Shown: positions 54,801 to 64,000 of the stretch, in pieces
How the letters are laid out: each line of letters opens with the position of its first letter
Numbering within the stretch: position 1 is the stretch's first letter
NCBI GenBank assembly: GCA_002633005.1
Contig: NMRA01000124.1
Coordinates: 761,814-825,813 of the forward strand
Direction: 5' to 3'
Source of the DNA: Phoronis australis
Taxonomy: Eukaryota > Animalia > Phoronida
DNA length: 64,000 nt
Translations under genes and position numbers: made by a program
Notes under the pieces: generated by a model
What the model was told of the DNA's origin: nothing
Seen by the model: the letters and a program-made list of their open reading frames with translations, nothing else
Database searches by the model: none

Positions 54801-57800
54801 GATGTTTCAAAACATGTTAAAATTTAAACCAAGATTGCACAATGTACATCCCCAGGTCACAACTAGTGCGACAATTATGTTGGAACACTTCCATAATTCA
54901 AGAAACGTGCCTTGTGTGAATCTGAAGAAGAAATAATTCAGCATCTAGAGGTCAACAAAATTCCCGATCACTTTCTCGTGATTTACCTCAGTTTGAAGAC
55001 GCAGATTTTTGGGTTCAAAAGCGAAAGTAGTCTCCCTTTAATTTAAGACACACAGACGGTAAGAAGAGTATATTACAGAACAGTTGTTCCAATAAACTCG
55101 AAAAAGTTTAATACTAGCCTAAGACATCTGTGTGACTGTCAATCCACTCGGATAGTTCTCCGATGAGCTGTATTGACGTGTAACGGACCGCCACGTGAAG
55201 TTCTGTGCTCTTCTGACTTAACACAGCATTCAGCACCTGCGGCACTATCACATTTTCGCTCCTAGACAGATGAGAAAATAATTAGCCAACAGTAACATTA
55301 AACAAAAACGACAAACATTTTGATTAGTTTGAAATTAAAATTAAAACTGCGAGGAAAATTGCGAAGAAAATTGCGGAGAGAATTTTGAAAAAAATCAGAA
55401 TGACAACAGGAGGGTTCGACTCCGCAATTTTTTTCTGCCCGAACAAACTAGGTCAATGTGTTTGAAATTTGATGCAATTGTTTGACCACAAAAACATGGT
55501 CATCCAAATATCAGGGCTTGGAATGACCCATGACAAAAAAAGAGGAAAATTTCTACTGCCCCAAATACACATTGCAATCTAAACAAGCAAACCTTAACTG
55601 TGTTGTGTTGTGTTGGCAAAACGCACTCATTTGAAGCAGTACCTGACATCTATTTCAGCAACAATAATGAAGGAAATTAGATGCAACAAATATTTTTTTA
55701 AATTGAGATAATAAAGATAGTGATGCAAAATTTGCAGAGTGAGTGACAGAAGGTTATTGTTGATTTGCTGCAGAGAGACCTATAAATTTATTTTCATTAT
55801 TTTAAGTTCTTATAATTACGAAAGAAAATTATAAAAAAATTGAAAATCGACCCAGAGATTATCTGAAAGCCTGAAATACCGACACATTTAATTCCAACAA
55901 AGAATGTATTCCAACGCAATGGAAAAAGTCAAGACGAAAACCTGTGGCTTATACCCCAATTATTAGCATGGAAAAAATGAAAGTAAAAAAACAACATACT
56001 TTAAACTATAGAAAACACCAATCACACTCCTAAGTAGGCCAAACTTTTTAGTTTAAAACAGCACATACAGGATATAATTGTTCATAAGCCATTCTGGTGT
56101 AGAACAAACTATGTGACATAAGAAATAACTACAAGGACACTGAAAACTGGCTAGCAGAATTTGTAAACAATGGCTTAGACCAATCAGATCATTCAGAACC
56201 TACCACATGACCACTTCCCTCTTGAACTGCAAAAATCGAGTTGGTCAAAACTACACGTTTTAACAAAAATAAACCATAAAAATGTCAAAATATATTGGAA
56301 TACATCAATGGCAATTTAAAACACAGTTGAAGTAACAAAAATAGCACTTTGTATCCCGTTTCGGCGGCACGCAGTGTAGTGGACTCGGGCCTAGCAACTT
56401 GCCAACTGCCGGCACAGGCTTGCACGTGAGATTAAACAAAGGAATTTCATACATCACTCACATCCCACGATTCCAATCCAATGAATTACCGGTTACGGTT
56501 GAATTTCCTATCAGAATGCGTTTTTCTTTCTTGTGTTTCATCGTTTTCAGGTCTTCCGCGATTCGGCTACGCACGCCGTAATTGTCAGTCAACGTTTACA
56601 GAGCACAAACCCAGACTTTTGTCGTTTGAGAACACATTGATCGTTTCCTTTATCCACTTTTTCCACAAAATATTCTGTCTACTCCAAGCTCCACGCATTT
56701 TTGGCCGCAGAATTGCACTATTTGTCACTGCGATTAATACCGTATGCAGACGCCATTGATGAACCACGCTATCCCAGGTGCCCCGGCAATTATGATTTTC
56801 GTTCCTCCAAAACATAAAGAGAAGTTTCCGCTTTTCAAGTCGTCGGCAACGCCGCAGTTAGAAACCAATTTACGGCGGAAAATTTATAGCAAATCCGATT
56901 TTTTTCCGCGGAAATATAACAAAAATGCGAAGAAGGAGTAAGAGAAAAAAGCGGAAATCCGCGTTTCCACGGAAAATTCCAAGCCTTGAAATATTGACAC
57001 AAACTCATAAAAACACACGGATCATTTGACTTTCCAATACTGATGACAAATACGATTGGCAACACGGATCACTTGACTTAAGGCCCGATTTTCTTAGCTA
57101 CGCAACTCTGACTGGGCATGTGTGGACTGGCAGCAGCGGATTATCCAACTTACGGCGTAATATTCTTGGCTACTGCACTCATAATAAACAAGGCCGCCTC
57201 CATCTCGTTCCATCTCTCCGGAGACGTCTGCTGCAACTGTTGGTACATCTGCTTGAAACATGTCGCTGAGCCGACCAAGAAGACGATGTCCTGAACGAGG
57301 TCAGAGACACGCTGGCGGAACTCGTTGAAATCGTCGTCATCATTCGGTACACCCTCCTGAAAAAGTAATACAGGTGATAAACAACAACAAACCACTGAGA
57401 AAACAAATTTCAAAAATTGACGTCAACCCACAGGGTTGTTTCCCTGGAAGTATGTTAACTAAAGTTTCATCTTTGGGCTGCAGCTAAACATCACGTGAAA
57501 ATACTGCTGAACAGAAGTTTTTTCACACGTTAAGAATTTTTTGTCAATGGTCAGTAAGAAACCGCATCTTCATGATGAGACAATAGAAACAATGGTCATC
57601 ACTCAATTCTCATGACGCGTCAACTCACATGATCAAGGTCATAGTGGCAATGCTGGCTGAGGGACCGAATCAGCTGCTCTGCGTACGGCATAAACAAGTC
57701 GTTCAGTTGTGTGTTATCCTTGCTGTACAGCTCCTCAGAAAGACGGTACCAGAAGTTGAACGTTATCTCCGCAACCTATGGCAAACACGGACAGAGTTTT

Positions 57801-60704
57801 CAATAAGAGGGTTTAATGTGTACGTATACGAACGACTAAGTGCAATGTTTACAAATTTTCTTTCTGAACTCTTTAACCCGCTTGGCAAGCCAAATTCACT
57901 CCATGGAGTGACCTGGCATTTCCTTGACCAAGATTGAGAATCGACGTGAAACTTACTTTACCTTTATCACTGGGAAGTACTTTATCGTCACATACCATGT
58001 CAAGTTTAAGGGAAATTTTACCTTTTTGAAGGTGTTTTATAGTCATTTCAAGAGGTATTTTGAGCCTTTTTAGTTGATTGTTATAGAAATGATGTTAACA
58101 ATTCTACAAACCAGAAATACGATGCAATGACCAAGTCGCACAATGCAAACAGTGCGTGTCTGGACGGCTGAATTGATGTAATATAAGTTTTATTACCTAT
58201 TTCTTGCACTATTACTCAAGTCCAATGGCAAATAGTTTTCATGTATACCAGGCCTGAGATTGACAAACTGAGCAGAGTTATCAGAACAAACGAGTGAGAG
58301 AAAAACAACTAACCCAAGCTGGCAGGAATTGACGGAACTGCTCCCTATGTTACACTACCAGTTTGAGAACTGGTATTACACTTTTTATGGAAATCTGCTA
58401 AAAGGTTCAAAATACCTTTTATAGTACTTTAAGTAAAATGCGCTAAATTGACCAGAAACGCCATCATTTCCCATTTAAATTTCTAGTTGAGACGGCCCTA
58501 CCTCGTATTCATTATGGCCGACACAGTTGAGCAACATCTCCAGTTGCCTCAGGTCCCCTAGGCCTTGGTTAGGGTGAGACAGCATGAACTCGAGTAATGA
58601 CTCCGACATTTCCGTGAATATCCGACACAGGTTTACAGCCCTGGAGAATGTAAAACAGTGCTTATCAAATCAACCACATGCGAGACAAACGACGACAAAA
58701 TAAATACAAACATTTTGCCCATAAATGACTTATTCTTACAAAAATAAAAAAACGGACGATCGCCGCACAAATCAACGTTTCGTCTTTTCATTAGACATCA
58801 GGATCATATTTACAACAATTTAGGACAACAAGTGCCAACATACATCGCTGACACAACTACCACAAAAAGACGACCACTCTGATAGAAGTTTTTCTAAATT
58901 TACTTTGATGGTGACAAGGAAATTCCACTTCATCAAAAATGGGCCATCCAATCATACCGTTCTGCATAAAAATAAATTTTATTTCTCTCTCTCTCCATCT
59001 TCTTCCCTCACTCTCCCTCCCTCCCATCTCCCTTTCCCTCTCCCCCTCCCAACCCAACTCCCCCACTATCTCACAGACATAAATGAATGAAAACAAGAAA
59101 CATACAAGCAGAATTGCACACATTGGGAATACAAGAAATGACTGACACCTACTTGTCTACATCCTCTGCTGCCACAGCCTCCTGATAGGCCTTGGGCAAG
59201 GTCATGACCCCTTGGAAAAGGGACTGGGCCATTAAACCATACTTGTCCAGGTCCTGAAATGAACCAGCAAGGACAACATAAAAGCAAATCTTGCAATACG
59301 ATTCAAATCAAATTCTAGATGCAATTGCGAACACACTGTGTCCTGTTCAACTGAGGAAATCCTTGCATCGTAGATCTTATTCAACAGAACGAGTGAGAAT
59401 TCACATCGTTCCCCGTGGACCACTTTACGGATAGCCAAGGACAGGAGAGTATTCCACAGACCTGGTTTCTTGTGATAAAAGCAAGATCTAGCAAAATCAC
59501 ATGAGTCAAAAGCGAGTGTTTCACAGATATGACTGGGAGCATACCAGCTTATCCCAGCTATATGGCATCCACTGACGTGATTTGTCAATGACGTTAAAAC
59601 GTTAATTAGCAGGATATAATTCACTGCTACCGTTCTATAAGAATTTTTCACAACAAGTGCAAACTAATGCAACACAGCCCTGATGCACGCACATTCGAGA
59701 GTAGAGGTTCATGGTATATCCTCCCCTCTTACCACCTGGTGAACGGAAAAGTATGCGTGTTGCTTGCAGCGAAGATTTCCCAAGAACAATTGCACAGGTA
59801 ACTATGAGCACTACCAGTGAAAAGGCCATTACATAGAGTTTGTTTGTGTTCACATTACAATGCATCACGGAAAAACACAAATTTTTACTTTCAACAAATC
59901 CCAACTAAAGTTGCATCAAAATCGATTAGCTTGCCAGGGAAGACTATCGTAAACATAATAACTGACATAACTACAACTGGACAGCAATCATAACAACACG
60001 ATTAGTTCCTGCCAAACTACGTTTCATTGTGCACAATTAGCAAAACTATATACTTTCTACAATTTTGCACACAGGTCAGATGGATGTGAAAAAGAAACAG
60101 TTCAAAGCAGCAACTAACTTTTCACAAGTTGTGTTGTTATCAAGAACCAATACGAACTTTACAGCTTTGAAAACACTTAAAACGTGGGAGCAGGAGAGCC
60201 TGTTGCCAGAAATTACAATCCTTGATTCAGTTAATTTAAAGAGACATTATTGACTTTATGGCCGAAAATGCATTCTTGGGATTATTGCGAGATGGGATGG
60301 ACCTCTTAAAGTTAGCCTTTACCAGAGGTACCAAACAACAAAATCCACTGCGGTTTGTGATGTTATTGCAAATTGCCAATTCTCGCTGTCGTCTGCCAGA
60401 CATTCACTGAAATCATGGCAGGGGTTTTACCTGTTAACTACGATAAAAATACTGTTGAATGAATGGGATCTAATTCCATCAGCAGAGCATCAGACTACAA
60501 CTGCAGGGGTTGCAGTTTCGATTCTGCACTGTGACACAAACAATCACTTTTCTCACTGACAATGTCCCTTTAAGACAATTCCGTAAACACCGCTTATTTC
60601 AGCACAATATCCGTGGTCAGTTGACCTACCTCACAACAATATACAGCTGCACAGATACAGTCACTGGCTGCCTCATGAAGGGATGATGAAGACTCTTTAT
60701 CCAT
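39802..60704 (-). CDS. TNPO3: Transportin-3 (importin-beta family, SR-protein import receptor); 17 exons, 5' part not found in window
   Basis: Spliced translation is collinear with TNPO3 from SLHEAASDC through [60 protein letters not shown] to the C-terminal KEFSRLYR*. All exon phases are consistent. Confidence 0.97.
40772..40884 (-). CDS. TNPO3: TNPO3 exon
   Basis: [38 protein letters not shown], 113 nt. Confidence 0.94.
41391..41609. mobile_element. Palindromic element with two inverted degenerate hammerhead motifs (PLE pLTR-derived?)
   Basis: Arms 41391-41486 and 41517-41609 are imperfect reverse complements around a 30-nt spacer; each contains actcc-TTGAGGA-t-gatga..tcatc-(AAAA/GACA)-(TGTT/CTTT)-gga(g/c)t. 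Confidence 0.75.
41837..42004 (-). CDS. TNPO3: TNPO3 exon
   Basis: [12 protein letters not shown]...[27 protein letters not shown], 168 nt. Confidence 0.93.
42650..43035. repeat. Diverged relative of the terminal ~150-bp repeat family
   Basis: gccactagg / gccacttggggg motifs at 42739, 42886 and 43026; agcggtttgg..gatagag shared with the 62.5-64 kb array. Confidence 0.7.
45415..45571 (-). CDS. TNPO3: TNPO3 exon
   Basis: [12 protein letters not shown]...[24 protein letters not shown], 157 nt. Confidence 0.94.
46669..46763 (-). CDS. TNPO3: TNPO3 exon
   Basis: [32 protein letters not shown], 95 nt. Confidence 0.95.
47145..47474. repeat. ~70-bp minisatellite derived from a TNPO3 exon 3' end plus donor
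   Basis: About 4.5 units of caatgaggccttgtgtacagcc.gtctctgagccgta.tcat..a.ta.ta in two alternating variants; one unit overlaps the exon. Confidence 0.92.
47410..47526 (-). CDS. TNPO3: TNPO3 exon
   Basis: [39 protein letters not shown], 117 nt. Confidence 0.95.
48886..49026 (-). CDS. TNPO3: TNPO3 exon
   Basis: [47 protein letters not shown], 141 nt. Confidence 0.96.
50101..50161 (-). CDS. TNPO3: TNPO3 exon
   Basis: [20 protein letters not shown], 61 nt. Confidence 0.92.
50396..50731. mobile_element. Tc1/mariner-type MITE
   Basis: TIR cagggtgtcccaaa / tttgggacaccctg followed by TA. Confidence 0.85.
52292..52681. mobile_element. Tc1/mariner-type MITE (same family as 50396)
   Basis: ta|cagggtgtcccaaaaaatg ... 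catttttgggacaaccag; internal acacttcagtaca and gggaatggcaaac shared with the 50396 copy. Confidence 0.8.
52760..52924. repeat. 33-bp minisatellite x5
   Basis: tttatgaagaaaacttagtctattagactttac x5 with single substitutions; internal hairpin agtct-att-agact. Confidence 0.97.
53083..53177 (-). CDS. TNPO3: TNPO3 exon
   Basis: [32 protein letters not shown], 95 nt. Confidence 0.93.
53464..53555 (-). CDS. TNPO3: TNPO3 exon
   Basis: [30 protein letters not shown], 92 nt. Confidence 0.9.
53922..54113 (-). CDS. TNPO3: TNPO3 exon
   Basis: [31 protein letters not shown]...AAIGLLKG, 192 nt. Confidence 0.95.
55119..55261 (-). CDS. TNPO3: TNPO3 exon (GC donor)
   Basis: [10 protein letters not shown]...[26 protein letters not shown], 143 nt; donor AG|GCTAGT. 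Confidence 0.88.
55512..56988. mobile_element. ~1.5-kb non-autonomous hAT-like element with 6-bp TSD
   Basis: aaatat|cagggcttggaat ... attccaagccttg|aaatat; subterminal gcggaaa / ttccgc repeats at the right end. Confidence 0.75.
57154..57356 (-). CDS. TNPO3: TNPO3 exon
   Basis: [21 protein letters not shown]...[16 protein letters not shown], 203 nt. Confidence 0.95.
57629..57775 (-). CDS. TNPO3: TNPO3 exon
   Basis: [17 protein letters not shown]...[10 protein letters not shown], 147 nt. Confidence 0.95.
58502..58640 (-). CDS. TNPO3: TNPO3 exon
   Basis: [46 protein letters not shown], 139 nt. Confidence 0.95.
59153..59253 (-). CDS. TNPO3: TNPO3 exon
   Basis: [34 protein letters not shown], 101 nt, AG/GT. 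Confidence 0.92.
60630..60704 (-). CDS. TNPO3: TNPO3 exon
   Basis: ag|[25 protein letters not shown]|gt, 75 nt. Confidence 0.92.
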
Positions 60705-62164
60705 CTAGAAATACAAATTCGTTTGACAATAACATGGTTTTAACAAAAGTTCACAGTAGATCATTGCAATTCCACAAACGACCTTTTGAACTTCCAATCA
60801 CCCCTATATAACGAAACAATCGAATTGTTTGCTGATTTCATAGTCACTCAGGAAACATAAATAAGTCCTCTCACTTTTACAAATTAATGAAAATGTAGAG
60901 AAAATAGCCCATTTAAATTAAAAGGCAAACAGCACAAGACAAAACTAATCAGATAAAATACCACTTCCCCGTCGTGACGGCTAATTCCCTTAACAGCAAA
61001 AATGAACGGTAATAACCATCAAGGGGACAAACTTCTAATTGAATAATGGCTTAACCACCTTATAAACTTTCCCGTGAATTCCTGTTCATTCTCGGTCATG
61101 AGGGAAGACTACTCCGATGATGATTCGTCTTTCGCCCCGCCGTCATGACAAGAATTTCCTCGTCACTTTGTCTGAACAGTTTTGGCTTGTACTGTACACA
61201 CAGGGTTAGAAACCGAAAACAATTTCATTTCAAATAGAATTTTACATTCAATGTTTAAAATCATGAAGTCCCAACAAAACCACGTTCTAGTGTTAAAAAA
61301 GCATTTTTGTTCACAGGTGTGTTTGTTCTTTCAAAGCAGTGTTATCACGTTCTGATACTTTGTTCAAATTGAAAATGGTTGCAATAAAACACAGAGAATC
61401 CCCCCAAGAAAGCCATACTGCCATGACGGTTGAGCTTAACTCGCCATGACAAGCAACTTAAAAGTATGCGCATAGTGTCTAATCTCGATAATCGAAATAG
61501 AACTCAAGATTATTTTTGACATTTTTTTACCAGGATTTAATATGATCTCAAGATAACTATCCATTATTCAGTGCTCAAGTAATTATTTATGATTTACGTA
61601 GATAAGAGTCTAATCTATGCTCGCACTTGATAACCCTAAATTCGTGCAACAAACTCGAGCAATAACTCAAGATTTCGAGTAAAAACTCAAAACTTTGAGT
61701 TTAAACTCAAACTTATAGGTGGGGTCATAGAATTCAAACTAGAATCATACAGTCATCCATATATACCACAGCACACTCAAGCATAGAATTATAGACACTT
61801 ATGGAAAACGTCAAAAACAATATGGAGTACAAAGATTAGACTCCGGCCTGAAGCAAGAATGAATTGTTGGCTCTTCTAAAGCCAAGAAATCCTTTCTAAT
61901 CTGAGTTAGGAAAATGAGACTTTTTCAGTAGCCTCAATCACAAGTTGGCTTTTAACAGAAGTCGAAGGTTTGTTGCATCTTTCTTTAACTTATTCAGGAT
62001 TCTTCACAGTAATAGGATTCAGTATGAACAGTAATTCGTGATAGCGGGATGGCAACCTTGATACAGCAGTTAAAACAAAAGACAAGCTGAATAAATAGGT
62101 GACTAGACTCTCACTAGGTGGCGCTGAAGACAAAATGGCCCTCTTTCACTACCTGAATACATTA

Positions 62165-63960
62165 ACAACAAGAGCAACGCAGAGCGTTGAAATGCGCCCA
62201 CAATTGCACCGCATACGGTATCCTTCTAGGGTTGTTTATTGGTACCATAAAGTGGCCAGTAAAGGGCATATATGTAGTATGTTGTACTTAGCAAAATGGA
62301 AAGGCATGGTCATTGTCTCCTCAATAGGTTAGGGGCAAAATGTGAGTAATCTTCATAATACAAGCACATCCTATACACCAGTTGCTTAAAGCACCACAGA
62401 AACATAGAATTAAAAACAAATTTACCAACATACGAGATTAGCACAGCACTAGAATGCCAGAAACAAATTTCTACTTGGAACTTTTCCTTCATAGTCACGA
62501 AGTAACACAAAGTATACACCTGAAGACCTATGAAAATACAGAGGTCAATGTAAAATACTAAAATTGCCACTAGAGGCATACCGGTAATCAGAATCATCCT
62601 AAAGTCGTCATCGTCCGTTGTCAACATCACATAAATACACTTGCTAAATTTAGTAAAGATCCTGCAAACGGTTTGGGAGATACAGCCATGGGCGCAAAAA
62701 AAAAAAACTGCCACTAGGAGGCGCCACAGTAGTCCAAATCGTCTGAAAATCATTGTCAGCTGTCTTCCTTATAGTAAGCACATACACGCCAATTTTCACA
62801 ATCATCCTTTGAGCGGTTTGGTTGATAGAGGGGTGGACGCAAAAATACAGACTCGAAAACAGTAAAAATGGCCACTAGGTGGCGCAAACTACGTCGAATC
62901 CATCTGAAAACAGTAGGATAGCGTCATCTCACTAATAGGTGCCTACATACCAAATTTCATGAAAATCCGTTCAATACTTTTGAAGATACAAAGGTAAGCG
63001 TAAAAAACTAAAATTGCCACTAGGGGGCACACCGGTAGTCGGATCCGACCAAAAGTCGTCATCTTCCGTTGTTAACATCATATAAATATACTTACACAAT
63101 TTGTAAAGATCCTGCGAACGGTTTAGGAGATACAGCCATAGGCGCAAAAAAACAAAACTGCCACTAGGAGGCGCCACAGTAGTCGAAATCGTCGGAAAAT
63201 CATCGTCAACCGTCCTCTACATAGTAAGCACATACATGCCAATTTTCACAATCATCCTTTGAGCGGTTTGGTTGATAGAGGGGTGGACGCACAAAAACAG
63301 ACTCGAAAACACTAAAAATGGCCACTAGGTGGTGCAAACTATGTCAAATCCATCTGAAAACGGGAGGATAGCGTCATCTCACTAATAGGTGCCTACATAC
63401 CAAACTTCATGAAAATCCGTTAAGGACTTGTGAAGATACAAAGGTAAGCGTAAAAAAATTAAAATTGCCACTAGGGGGCACACCGCTAGTCGGATCCGTC
63501 CAAAAGTCGTCATCTTCCGTTGTTAACATCATATAAATATACTTACACAATTTCGTAAAGATCCTGCGAACGGTTTAGGAGATACAGCCATAGGCGCAAA
63601 AAAACAACACTGCCACTAGGAGGCGCCACAGTAGTCGAAATCATCGGAAAATCATCGTCAACCGTCCTCTACATAGTAAGCATATACATGCCAATTTTCA
63701 CAATCATCCTTTGAGCGGTTTGGTTGATAGAGGGGTGGACGCACAAACACAGACTCGAAAACACTAAACATGGCCACTAGGTGGTGCAAACTATGTCGAA
63801 TCCATCTGAAAACGGCAGGATAGCGTCATCTCACTAATAGGTGCCTACAAACCAAATTTCATGAAAATCCGTTCAGGACTTTTGAAGATACAAAGGTAAG
63901 CATAAAAAACTAAAATTGCCACTAGGGGGCACATCGGTAGTCGGATTTGTCTGAAAGTTC
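62165..63960. repeat. Element with hairpin head and 450-451-bp higher-order tandem array (3 x ~150 bp); HINE/Helentron-like organisation inferred
   Basis: Head aacaagag-caacgc-aga-gcgttg; unit anchors aaattgccactag at 62561, 63011, 63462 and 63913. Confidence 0.88.
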
Positions 63961-64000
63961 GCACATGCCGTCCCATTCATGAATGGAACATATGTGTCAA

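Noticed and set aside
60470-60535. tRNA-like sequence
   Set aside because: Degenerate B-box and no acceptor stem; at most a SINE remnant.
62310-63177. ORFs of 68-147 aa in the terminal array
   Set aside because: They lie in non-coding tandem repeat, and the frames are not preserved between units.

Overview
AT-rich eukaryotic (metazoan, probably invertebrate) genomic DNA; the GTG/TTG-started ORF track is mostly noise. Two real genes lie convergently. On + is an intronless-CDS TENT5/FAM46 non-canonical poly(A) polymerase (24190-25374). On - is the 3' three-quarters of transportin-3 (TNPO3): 17 exons reconstructed by hand from 60704 to the stop at 39802, all phase-consistent, with one GC-AG intron; its 5' exons were not found and probably lie beyond the window. 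The rest is transposon debris and repeats: a decayed Penelope-like element (PLE) with an intact minimal hammerhead ribozyme, a THAP-domain relic, two unidentified decayed long reading frames, many MITEs and several tandem arrays. The most notable signals are: (i) an intronic ~220-bp palindrome whose two arms are degenerate minimal hammerheads that reconstruct a near-canonical ribozyme; (ii) a 450-bp higher-order repeat with a CTCF-like motif about every 150 bp; (iii) a minisatellite built from a TNPO3 exon end plus its splice donor. All calls come from manual reading; no searches were run.
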